From the NCBI GenBank assembly GCA_902476355.1, contig CABSCS010000001.1, positions 5,512 to 69,511 on the forward strand: DNA of 64,000 nucleotides, in the 5' to 3' direction. Shown here one piece after another: positions 18,747 to 27,048 of this stretch; within the stretch, counting starts at the first letter, position 1; the number at the start of each line of letters is the position of its first letter. The notes under the pieces were generated by a model. The model was not told the DNA's origin. It made no database searches and was given only the letters and a program-made list of their open reading frames with translations. The translations under genes were made by a program, and so were the position numbers. The DNA is from an uncultured Eubacteriales bacterium. Lineage in GTDB: Bacteria > Bacillota > Clostridia > Christensenellales > UBA1242.

Positions 18747-19192
18747 TGAAAAAAGAATTTAGCGGACGCGTTATTTGCGCTGGCGAATATGAAGGCGAAT
18801 GCGTTGTTTCAAAACAAGGACTTAACACCCTTGCAACTTTCCAAAAATCTGCACTTAAAAACGCAAAGAAGATTATTGGTTCCGACCAAAACAATCCAGA
18901 CGTTTATGGAAAAAACCTTACTGGAATTGCACTTATTTTGCCACAAACAATTGGTTCAACAACTGGCGGACTTGTAATTCAAACAATCTGTCAAATGGGA
19001 ATCAACCCTTCTGCTCTTTTGTTTGCAGATGAAATTGACTCTCTTGCGGCATCGGGCGTTATCCTTGCAAAAAACTGGGAAAAAAGCAAGATTATTGCAA
19101 TTGACAAACTTGGCAAAGAAATTTTGTCTGACATTAAAACCGGAGACAGAATTAAAGTTACTGCCGACGGAAAAGTTATAAAACTTGACTAA
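18746..19192 (+). CDS. Aconitase X swivel-domain subunit (DUF126 family)
   Basis: 148 aa from ATG 18746 (TAATG stop/start overlap, GGGGAGG SD). GRVICAGEYEGECVVS...LILPQTIGSTTGGLVI is typical of DUF126. Confidence 0.8.
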   Translation: MKKEFSGRVICAGEYEGECVVSKQGLNTLATFQKSALKNAKKIIGSDQNNPDVYGKNLTGIALILPQTIGSTTGGLVIQTICQMGINPSALLFADEIDSLAASGVILAKNWEKSKIIAIDKLGKEILSDIKTGDRIKVTADGKVIKLD

Positions 19193-19287
19193 AAAAAACG
19201 CAAAAACATGGTTTTTGAATGCAAAAACCGCCAAAATTTGTATATTTTGATTGATAAAACGAAAAAACATACAAAATAAAGCAAAAT

Positions 19288-19316
19288 AAAAAAGCAGTAT
19301 TTTACTGCTTTTTTTG
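19288..19316. terminator. Bidirectional terminator shared by the AcnX pair (+) and the epimerase gene (-)
   Basis: AAAGCAGTA-TTT-TACTGCTTT flanked by A- and T-runs; the hairpin includes the epimerase stop codon (19302-19304). Confidence 0.65.
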
Positions 19317-20306
19317 TTGCAGATATTTCTGAAATGCAATTTCATCTGAAACAATTTGCTCTAAACTTTTAAACTCAAAATTTCCATATTCATTTATCAA
19401 ATGTGTGTTATCACAAACAATTTTTGCAAGGTCACCCTTCTTCTTTTCTCCAAACGAATATTCAATTTTTTTATTTAAAACTTTTTCTGCACACTCAATA
19501 ACCTGCAAAACCGAATAGCCATTTTTAGCACCACCAACATTGATTGTGTCAAATTTTGATTTTTGTTTTTCAAGCACTGCGCAAACAATTTTTGCAAGGT
19601 CGCAAACATGAATATAATCACGAACAGGAGTTCCGTCTTTGGTGTTATGGTTGTTCCCATTCAGTTTCAGTGGTTTATTTTCAAGAGCATTTTTGCAAAC
19701 AAACGAAACTAAATTTATTTTGTGTTTTTTTGAATGGTCACCAAGCATATATTTTATCGAAGCCGAAACTGGATTTGTGAATCGGAAAATTGTGCACAAT
19801 ATGTTTGGATTTTGTTTTGCAAAATCTTTTATTTTTTCCTCTCCAAGCATTTTTGTTTCTGCATATGGTGAAACCGGTGAAAGTTTTTGCTTTTCGCAAA
19901 TATTTTCACAATCGCAGATGCCATAAACCGTGATGCTTGATGCAAACGCAAAGTGTTTGACTTGATATTTTCTGCAAAGAAGCAAAACATTTTCAAGGCT
20001 TTGCATGTTATTTAAAAAATATTCATCTTTTTTCTCGAAACTTTCAGCAACATATTTTCTTGCAGAAAGGTGCAAAACTGTGTCAAAATTTCCAGACGCA
20101 AAAACATTTTCAATTTCATGCAAATTACAAACATCTGCCTTTACAAATTTGAGGTTTTCAAATTTTTCTTGCAAAAAATGAACATGCGAAACATAGGCAT
20201 TCTTCAAATCGTCTGCCACAGTAACATTATAGCCGTTTTCCAAAAGGCAAGCGCAAACATTGCTTCCAATGAACCCTGCACCGCCAGTGATGAGAATATT
20301 TTTCAT
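19302..20306 (-). CDS. NAD-dependent epimerase/dehydratase (divergent GalE-like SDR)
   Basis: 334 aa. MKNILITGGAGFIGSN; SPYAETK (YxxxK); DGTPVRDYIHVCDLA. Confidence 0.85.
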   Translation of the reverse strand: MKNILITGGAGFIGSNVCACLLENGYNVTVADDLKNAYVSHVHFLQEKFENLKFVKADVCNLHEIENVFASGNFDTVLHLSARKYVAESFEKKDEYFLNNMQSLENVLLLCRKYQVKHFAFASSITVYGICDCENICEKQKLSPVSPYAETKMLGEEKIKDFAKQNPNILCTIFRFTNPVSASIKYMLGDHSKKHKINLVSFVCKNALENKPLKLNGNNHNTKDGTPVRDYIHVCDLAKIVCAVLEKQKSKFDTINVGGAKNGYSVLQVIECAEKVLNKKIEYSFGEKKKGDLAKIVCDNTHLINEYGNFEFKSLEQIVSDEIAFQKYLQQKKQ

Positions 20307-20342
20307 TTTTCTTTAAAAAAAGACTCTTGCGAGTCTTTATTT

Positions 20343-20621
20343 TTAGTTATTTTTATATGGAAGAAGAGCCATTACTCTTGCTTTCTTGATTGCGTTTGTA
20401 AGTTCTCTTTGATGTTTTGCACAAACGCCAGTTGTTCTTCTTGGAATGATTTTTCCTTTTTCAGTCATATATTTTCTGAGTCTTTGAACATCTTTATAGT
20501 CGATTGCTTCAACTTTGTCTGCGCAGAAAGCACAAACTTTTTTAGGACTCTTTCTAACTTTTTTAGGATTTTTATCATCATAAGAAGCATTGTTATTGTT
20601 ATTTTTAACTTGCTTTTTCAT
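20343..20621 (-). CDS. rpsR: 30S ribosomal protein S18
   Basis: 92 aa. [60 protein letters not shown]. Confidence 0.95.
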   Translation of the reverse strand: MKKQVKNNNNNASYDDKNPKKVRKSPKKVCAFCADKVEAIDYKDVQRLRKYMTEKGKIIPRRTTGVCAKHQRELTNAIKKARVMALLPYKNN

Positions 20622-20648
20622 AATTTCTCCTTTTGCTAGAACTAGCGA

Positions 20649-21059
20649 TTAAAATGGAAGGTTGTCGTCGTCGATTGGTTCGAATTTGGTTACGACGTCT
20701 TCTTTTCCGGTTGGTTTTGTTGACTCTGCTTCTTCTGCGCCGTTTCTTGTTGACAAGAATTCAACTTCATCTGCTGTGATTTCAGTGATGAATCTTCTTG
20801 AACCATCTGGTGCATCATATTGACGAGTTTGAATTGTTCCAGAAACACCTGCTTTGCTTCCTTTTTTCAAGAATTTATAGCAGTTGTCTGCAAGGCCTCT
20901 CCAAACAATGATAGGCAAAAAGTCTGCTTCTCTTTCTCCGTCATTTCCGGTAAAACGACGAGGAACTGCCAAAGTGAATTTGCAAAGTGAAATTCCACTG
21001 TTGGTTGTTGTAAGTTCTGGATCTTTTGTCAAGTTTCCAGTAAGAAATACTCTATTCAT
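20649..21059 (-). CDS. ssb: Single-stranded DNA-binding protein
   Basis: 136 aa. MNRVFLTGNLTKDPEL OB-fold N-terminus and acidic tip IDDDNLPF. Sits between rpsF and rpsR. Confidence 0.95.
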   Translation of the reverse strand: MNRVFLTGNLTKDPELTTTNSGISLCKFTLAVPRRFTGNDGEREADFLPIIVWRGLADNCYKFLKKGSKAGVSGTIQTRQYDAPDGSRRFITEITADEVEFLSTRNGAEEAESTKPTGKEDVVTKFEPIDDDNLPF

Positions 21060-21075
21060 GATATTTTCTCCTTTT

Positions 21076-21357
21076 CTATTTTGCTGAAATCATGTGACGA
21101 ACAACGCCATCCATGATAAGCAATTGACTGTCAAGAACTTGTGGAAGTGATACTGGTGCTTCAAAATTTACAAGAACATAGTATCCTTCGTTTTTATATG
21201 CAATTGGATATGCATATTTACGGATTCCCCATTTGTCAGCCTCTTGTGCCTTTCCACCATTGTTGTTGATAAGGTCGTTCACTTTTGAAATGATTTCTTC
21301 TCTTTTCTCGTCTGAAACCTGTGCATCAATGATGTATAAAAGTTCATATGCTTTCAT
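21076..21357 (-). CDS. rpsF: 30S ribosomal protein S6
   Basis: 93 aa. MKAYELLYIIDAQVSDEKREEIISKV...GIRKYAYPI. GGAGGAAG SD upstream. Confidence 0.95.
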   Translation of the reverse strand: MKAYELLYIIDAQVSDEKREEIISKVNDLINNNGGKAQEADKWGIRKYAYPIAYKNEGYYVLVNFEAPVSLPQVLDSQLLIMDGVVRHMISAK

Positions 21358-21361
21358 TTTT

Positions 21362-21443
21362 TCTTCCTCCTTTTGGACTCATTCGGCTCGAACAGGTGTT
21401 TTGCGCATGCAAAAAATCTTCCGAGCAAGGAACTGATATAATG
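21362..21443 (-). promoter_or_regulatory. Structured 5' leader of rpsF (candidate S6:S18 autoregulatory leader)
   Basis: Minus strand: outer stem GCTCGGA...TTCGAGC encloses an internal loop and inner stem TTTTGC-ATGC-GCAAAA, directly upstream of the SD. The consensus of the published rpsF leader was not checked. Confidence 0.4.
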
Positions 21444-21472
21444 ATTATAGCAAACCTTTTTGCAATTTGCAA
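21444..21472 (-). promoter_or_regulatory. Sigma-A promoter of rpsF-ssb-rpsR
   Basis: Minus strand TTGCAA (21467-21472), 17-nt spacer, TATAAT (21444-21449). Confidence 0.65.
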
Positions 21473-21521
21473 CAATTTTCTTTTTTTTATGCGTGCTTTT
21501 TTTATCTTTGTTTTCAAATGT

Positions 21522-21551
21522 TTGACATTTTAAAGATTTATATTGTAATAT
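21522..21551 (+). promoter_or_regulatory. Candidate promoter of the P-type ATPase gene
   Basis: TTGACA 21522-21527, 18-nt spacer, TAATAT 21546-21551; GGAG SD then ATG 21583. Confidence 0.45.
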
Positions 21552-21582
21552 TATTTATATAATAACACTATTTGGAGTCGTC

Positions 21583-24309
21583 ATGGCAAAAAATAACACT
21601 AAACAAGTTAAAATTGAAGATGTTCTTGAACTTAAAAAAGTTGAAGACAACCAAAATAAAGAAATAGAAAATAAAAAAGAAGATAAAGCCAATGCTCCAT
21701 TGACTTCTGTTTCTGAAACCAAAAACACAGACGAAAAACCTGTGAAAGCCAAAAAAGAAACAAAGAAAGAAGAAAAAGAGCCAACACAAACCGAAGCAAA
21801 AGAACCAGAAGAAGTGAAAAACATTTCTCTTGCAAACAAAGGCAAAAACATTTCTTCTAAAACTGCAAAAAAGTCAACCTCTAAAAACATTGCTCAAAGT
21901 TCAGAAAACAAAAAGGAAAAAGCATCAAAAAAGAAAAAAGATGCCGAACCTGAAAAGAAACCTCAAAGGGTGAAAAGAGTTCGAACCGATGCTTCAACCG
22001 GTCTTACTGATGACCAAGTTCAAGAAAGAATTTTGAAAGGTCAAACAAACCACACCCCAAACCGAAACGTTAAAACATATAAAAGAATTTTCTTTGAAAA
22101 CACCGTGACATTCTTTAACATTTTGTGTCTCGCGGTTGCAATTTCACTTATCTGCGTTGGTGCATGGTCAAACTGCTTGTTCATGGCAATCATCATCATT
22201 AACACAGCAATCGGAATTATCCAAGAAATCAGAGCAAAGAAAACAATTGAAAAGTTGTCGCTTCTCACTGCTCCCGCAGTCAAGGTTGTGCGTTCGGGAA
22301 TTGAACGAACAATCACAACCGACGAAGTTGTTATTGACGACATTGTGGTTCTTTCAAACGGAAAACAAGTTGTTGCCGATTGCTCGATTGTTGAAGGCAG
22401 TGTTGAAGTGAACGAAAGCATGCTTACCGGTGAAAGCCTTCCAATTAAAAAGAAAGTTGGAGACACACTTTTGGCGGGTTCGTTCATTGTTTCTGGAAAC
22501 TGCAAATGCCGTGTTGAAAAAGTTGGCTCGAACAACTATATCCAACAACTTTCTGCAAAAGCAAAACAATATAGACGTCCAAAAAGCGAACTTTTCAATT
22601 CGCTTAAAGGTATTATCAAAGTTATTGGTATCATCATTATCCCAATTGCAATTTTGATGATTATCAACAATTATAGTTCAACAAACAGCATTACAAAAAC
22701 TGTTACACAAACTGCCGGTTCTATCATTGGAATGATCCCTTCGGGAATGTTCCTGCTCTGCTCGGTTACTCTTACTGTTTCTGTCATCAAACTTTCTCGC
22801 CGTCAAGCACTTGTTCAAGACCTTTATTGCGTTGAAATGCTTGCCCGCGTAAACGTTCTTTGCCTTGACAAAACCGGAACAATCACCGACGGAACAATGA
22901 AAGTTTACAACTGCATTCAACTTTCAAACACAAACTATACGCTTAAAAGAATCATGGGTTCAATGCTCTCTGCCCTTGGCGACAACAACCAAACAAGCCA
23001 AGCGCTTATCAACTATTTTGGATATAACAAAGAACTTAAACCTGTGGTTACGCTTCCATTCTCTTCAACAAGAAAACTTTCTGCCGTTTCATTTGAAAAC
23101 GCAGGAACCTATATCATGGGGGCACCAGAATTTGTAATTCCAAACAACCCAGACGAAAAAATCAACAACCTTGTTGAACAATATTCAAAAGACGGATATC
23201 GCGTGCTACTTGTTGCATATTCATCTTCAAACATTATTAAAGACAACCCACCTTCAAACCGCACACCTGTTGCGCTTCTCATTTTGGAAGACCGCATTCG
23301 TGATGACGCGGTTTCAACAATTGCATGGTTCAAAAACAACGATGTTAAGGTTAAAATTATTTCGGGTGATAACCCTCTCACTGTTGCAGAAATTGCAAAA
23401 CGTGTTGGTGTTGAAAACACCGAATCGTTCATTAACCTTGAAGGCTTAAATGAAAAACAAGTTATCGCGGCTGCAAACAAATATACAGTTTTCGGACGCG
23501 TTACACCAGAACAAAAAGCAATTTTGATAAAGGCAATCAAGGCCGACGGAAACACTGTTGCCATGACTGGTGACGGTGTGAACGACATTCTTGCTTTGAA
23601 AGAAGCCGACTGCTCAATTGCAATGGCAAGTGGTTCCGAAGCCGTTCGCTCGGTTTCGCACATGGTGCTTTTGAACAGCGATTTCGGAAGCATGCCAGCA
23701 ACCGTTCTTGAAGGACGAAGAGTTATCAACAACGTTCAAAAATCTTCTTCGCTCTTCTTTATGAAAACAATTTTCACAATTGTATTCTCTATCATTTGTT
23801 TGATTCTTCGAACCCCATATCCACTTTCAACAGTGCAAATGCTTTTGATGGAAACATTTGTAATCGGAATCCCATCGTTCTTCCTTGCTTTCCTTCCAAA
23901 CAACAAACGAATTTCCGGAAAGTTTATTTATAACCTGATTCGAAACGCACTTCCTGGTGCAATTACACTTATTTTGAATGTAAGTTCAATCTATTTGTTC
24001 ATCTATCTCACAACTGGCGACATTTCGTCTACAACCCAACTTGAAATTATCAGCACAATGTGTGCTCTCACACTCACCTTTACTGGTCTTGGTCTTCTTA
24101 TCAGACTTTGCAAACCTTGGACAGTTTTGACTGGTCTTTTGTTTGGAACAATGCTCACACTTTGCGTTCTTGGAATTGTGCTTTTGCCAAGATTCTTCAA
24201 TTTGGTTTCAATCGACCTTACTTCAAAACTTTATATCACAATTTTGGCAATCATCTCTCCAACACTCATCAACTTTATCTATGCAGTGTTCGAGAAGATT
24301 CGAATCTAG
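21583..24309 (+). CDS. Cation-translocating P-type ATPase with ~135-aa Lys/Glu-rich N-terminal extension
   Basis: 908 aa. TGES (MLTGESLPI), phosphorylation site CLDKTGTITDG, hinge MTGDGVNDILALKEADCSIAM, and ~10 TM helices. The TM4 motif is IPSGM, not PEGL, so ion specificity is not assignable. Confidence 0.9.
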   Translation: MAKNNTKQVKIEDVLELKKVEDNQNKEIENKKEDKANAPLTSVSETKNTDEKPVKAKKETKKEEKEPTQTEAKEPEEVKNISLANKGKNISSKTAKKSTSKNIAQSSENKKEKASKKKKDAEPEKKPQRVKRVRTDASTGLTDDQVQERILKGQTNHTPNRNVKTYKRIFFENTVTFFNILCLAVAISLICVGAWSNCLFMAIIIINTAIGIIQEIRAKKTIEKLSLLTAPAVKVVRSGIERTITTDEVVIDDIVVLSNGKQVVADCSIVEGSVEVNESMLTGESLPIKKKVGDTLLAGSFIVSGNCKCRVEKVGSNNYIQQLSAKAKQYRRPKSELFNSLKGIIKVIGIIIIPIAILMIINNYSSTNSITKTVTQTAGSIIGMIPSGMFLLCSVTLTVSVIKLSRRQALVQDLYCVEMLARVNVLCLDKTGTITDGTMKVYNCIQLSNTNYTLKRIMGSMLSALGDNNQTSQALINYFGYNKELKPVVTLPFSSTRKLSAVSFENAGTYIMGAPEFVIPNNPDEKINNLVEQYSKDGYRVLLVAYSSSNIIKDNPPSNRTPVALLILEDRIRDDAVSTIAWFKNNDVKVKIISGDNPLTVAEIAKRVGVENTESFINLEGLNEKQVIAAANKYTVFGRVTPEQKAILIKAIKADGNTVAMTGDGVNDILALKEADCSIAMASGSEAVRSVSHMVLLNSDFGSMPATVLEGRRVINNVQKSSSLFFMKTIFTIVFSIICLILRTPYPLSTVQMLLMETFVIGIPSFFLAFLPNNKRISGKFIYNLIRNALPGAITLILNVSSIYLFIYLTTGDISSTTQLEIISTMCALTLTFTGLGLLIRLCKPWTVLTGLLFGTMLTLCVLGIVLLPRFFNLVSIDLTSKLYITILAIISPTLINFIYAVFEKIRI

Positions 24310-24336
24310 TTTAAAACTATCGTTCAAATCAACAAT

Positions 24337-24368
24337 CAAAAAACTCCACTTTCGTGGAGTTTTTATTT
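24337..24368. terminator. Bidirectional terminator between the ATPase gene (+) and the ger operon (-)
   Basis: AAACTCCAC-TTTC-GTGGAGTTT stem with an A-run before and a T-run after. Confidence 0.75.
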
Positions 24369-24448
24369 TGCTATTTTTTTTACTTTTGATTATATTATTT
24401 TTGTTTTTCAAACATTTTTGATGCAATACTTTCTGCATCTTGCAGTCT

Positions 24449-25807
24449 TTAGTTCACATTTTTGATTGTGGTTTTCACTTTCACTTCAACATGGTCAAGA
24501 TAGGCTTCGCCATGTTCCTCGTAAAACTTCTTCCATTGTTTTGGTTTAAATTGATAGCATTTGTCAGCAATTTTAAAAATGTCCACATCGTCGGTTTTTG
24601 CTTTTTCAAAGGTTTGCATAATATCGCGTTCAACTTTCTTTTCAATTGCTTTTTTGATTGCCGAAACCATTTCTTCATCTGGGTCTCGATAGATTTTTTC
24701 GGTGAGAGCACCATCATTTAAAAGTTCAACAATTCGAACATCTTTAAACATAATTTGAAGTTCAAAAACAGGCTTTCCCTCTTTGAAATTTATTTTTTTC
24801 CTTGTCTTTTCTTCACGAAACTGAATGCCTACTGTCGCATTTTTAAGAACTCCGCCGTTCACATTTTTAACAGTGAATTCACCATTGTTTGAAACATTAT
24901 CGGTCAAGAAAAATCCAAGAAGTTCTTCTTCTTTTTCAAACTTGCCAATAAATTTGCCACGCTTAAAATAGTAAACATCATTATAATATTTAATTCTTCC
25001 GTCTTGCGAAGAGCCCGTGCTTTTGCTTCCGCCACCGCCACCACTTGAAGAACCATTGTTGCCTTGTCCGCTTTGACCGCCACTTTCCGAGCCACTGTTT
25101 TCGCCCGAAGAAGAGCCACTTTCACCACTTGAACTTAAACCATTTTCTGAACTACTCAATGTTTCACTTGTGGATTTTCCAAGTTCCTCTTCTCCTTCTT
25201 CCGTAATCAAAATTCCACCAACCGCCGAACTTTTAGAAAGCCCAAAAGCATTGTTCACAAACTCTTCAATAGGCATCATTACACCATTGAAAGATGATTG
25301 TTTATAAATAAAAACTTTTTGAAGACCAACACCCGCAGAAAGTTCAAGCGTTTCGGTTTTTGAAAGCATGTCTTTTGCTGTTGTGGGGCTGATAAGCATC
25401 ATTACCGATGTGTTCAGTTCGGGGTCACGAACAAAATAGTCAAGTGACTCTGCCAAATTGTCTTCAAGCATGTTTTGACCAACGATCAGAAAACTCATAT
25501 GCGAAAATCCCGCAGTTTTTCCAATTTTATATGCAATTTTTTGCACGCCATCGCTCACGTTCACACCAATTTCTGAAATGAACCCAAGAGTTGCATTGCC
25601 CCCACCCGACTCGCTTCCTGGGGTTGGCATGACAACTTGCGCCGTAATTTCATAGCCGTCTTCAACCTTGTCAATTCCCATGCCCGTTACAATAACTCGC
25701 ATGTTCAATTTTGCTTGATAGGAAAAACTTTGTGGTACAAAAACCAAGCAAGAAAGAAGCAACAAAATCCATGTGTGGCGCTTTGTAAATTTTCCTATTT
25801 TTTGCAT
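24449..25807 (-). CDS. Ger(x)C-type spore germination lipoprotein with Ser/Gly-rich insertion
   Basis: 452 aa. Lipoprotein-like signal WILLLLSC. Third gene of a GerAA/AB/AC-ordered operon, overlapping gerAB by 13 nt. Low-complexity insert SSSGESGSSSGENSGSESGGQSGQGNNGSSSGGGGGSKSTGSS. Confidence 0.8.
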   Translation of the reverse strand: MQKIGKFTKRHTWILLLLSCLVFVPQSFSYQAKLNMRVIVTGMGIDKVEDGYEITAQVVMPTPGSESGGGNATLGFISEIGVNVSDGVQKIAYKIGKTAGFSHMSFLIVGQNMLEDNLAESLDYFVRDPELNTSVMMLISPTTAKDMLSKTETLELSAGVGLQKVFIYKQSSFNGVMMPIEEFVNNAFGLSKSSAVGGILITEEGEEELGKSTSETLSSSENGLSSSGESGSSSGENSGSESGGQSGQGNNGSSSGGGGGSKSTGSSQDGRIKYYNDVYYFKRGKFIGKFEKEEELLGFFLTDNVSNNGEFTVKNVNGGVLKNATVGIQFREEKTRKKINFKEGKPVFELQIMFKDVRIVELLNDGALTEKIYRDPDEEMVSAIKKAIEKKVERDIMQTFEKAKTDDVDIFKIADKCYQFKPKQWKKFYEEHGEAYLDHVEVKVKTTIKNVN

Positions 25808-27048
25808 GGTTTACCCCCTTTCATGCACGCCTTAGAAAAGAGCAATGATTCTTGAATTTCTTTGTTTGCTTTTGCAACTGACAAAGCATTTTGTGGCTTT
25901 TTTATGAGGTTTTGACCAAAAATTGCAGAATATTTACTGTTTTTGCAAAGATTTTGCAGTTTTTTGCGGTCTTTTTTTCTTGACACAAACGAACAAATGA
26001 GAAGGATAATTGGAAAGCCAATTGCAATCATTGGATAGAAATATTTCACAACTTTTGCAAGTTTGCTTGCCCCACGCCCAACGCTTTTGAACACCAAAAT
26101 GTCAAGAAAATATACAAAGATTGGAAGTCCAATTGTGACATAGTTTTGTTTCTTTATGTCGAAAACTTCACACAAACATTTTGACGCGCCAAACACATAT
26201 AGTCCGCTTGAAATGAATGTTGACATTTCAAAAAACAAAACCAAAAACCAGTCGACTCTGCCAATGTCAAGATTTAAAAGTGCAAACTGTGAAATTGAAC
26301 TTATGGCGTTTGTTTGCTCGGGTGCAAGCACCTCGTAAAGCCCATAAAAAATCATATAACCCAAAGTCATGGCAAGCACGCTGAAAGCAAGAACAAGCGG
26401 AAACCAAAAATTCATTTTTCCGTCATCTTCTTTAACGCGTCCCATGAAAATATAGATAATTGTAAAGTCGCCAAACCACATTGAATAGGAAAAGCAAGTG
26501 TCAAAAAGTTTGCCGGCATCTATGTCATAAAACGGAAGCACGCGCGAAAAGTCGGTTGTGGTTCCGCCCAGAATCAAAAGTCCAACCAAACTTGTGATGA
26601 TAACGAACATAAGCAGTTCTGTAACGCGACCAATTGTTGTGAGGCCATGAGTTGCCAAAAACGCAATTGCAAAAACAATAAACACACTATAAAGTTCCCA
26701 AGACAAGTGATCGAAAAGCACGTTTGAAAACACATCGTGAATGGCTTCATATGGTAAAAGTGCGTTCAAAAGATAATATAGTCCAAAAAACAGGACAATA
26801 AATTTTGCAAACCATTTCCCTCCCGCGTTTTTGCACATGTCATAGCAAGTTTTTCCGTTTGTAACTTTGTTTGTCCAAAGCATGACAAACAGCATGACCA
26901 CGTCGAGCATTCCAAGAATCAGCGTTACAAGCCAGCCATGGCGACCAATGCTTGTTGCAATGAAACTTGGAAGGCGTTGCGCTTTGTTTGCAATGAAGCA
27001 AACAACAAGCAAAAAGAGTGCTTGACGTTTTGTGAGTTCTTTTTTCAT
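25795..27048 (-). CDS. GerAB-type spore germination permease (APC-like, ~10 TM)
   Basis: 417 aa and all hydrophobic helices. Sits between GerAA- and GerAC-type genes with ATGA and 13-nt overlaps. Confidence 0.8.
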   Translation of the reverse strand: MKKELTKRQALFLLVVCFIANKAQRLPSFIATSIGRHGWLVTLILGMLDVVMLFVMLWTNKVTNGKTCYDMCKNAGGKWFAKFIVLFFGLYYLLNALLPYEAIHDVFSNVLFDHLSWELYSVFIVFAIAFLATHGLTTIGRVTELLMFVIITSLVGLLILGGTTTDFSRVLPFYDIDAGKLFDTCFSYSMWFGDFTIIYIFMGRVKEDDGKMNFWFPLVLAFSVLAMTLGYMIFYGLYEVLAPEQTNAISSISQFALLNLDIGRVDWFLVLFFEMSTFISSGLYVFGASKCLCEVFDIKKQNYVTIGLPIFVYFLDILVFKSVGRGASKLAKVVKYFYPMIAIGFPIILLICSFVSRKKDRKKLQNLCKNSKYSAIFGQNLIKKPQNALSVAKANKEIQESLLFSKACMKGGKPCKK

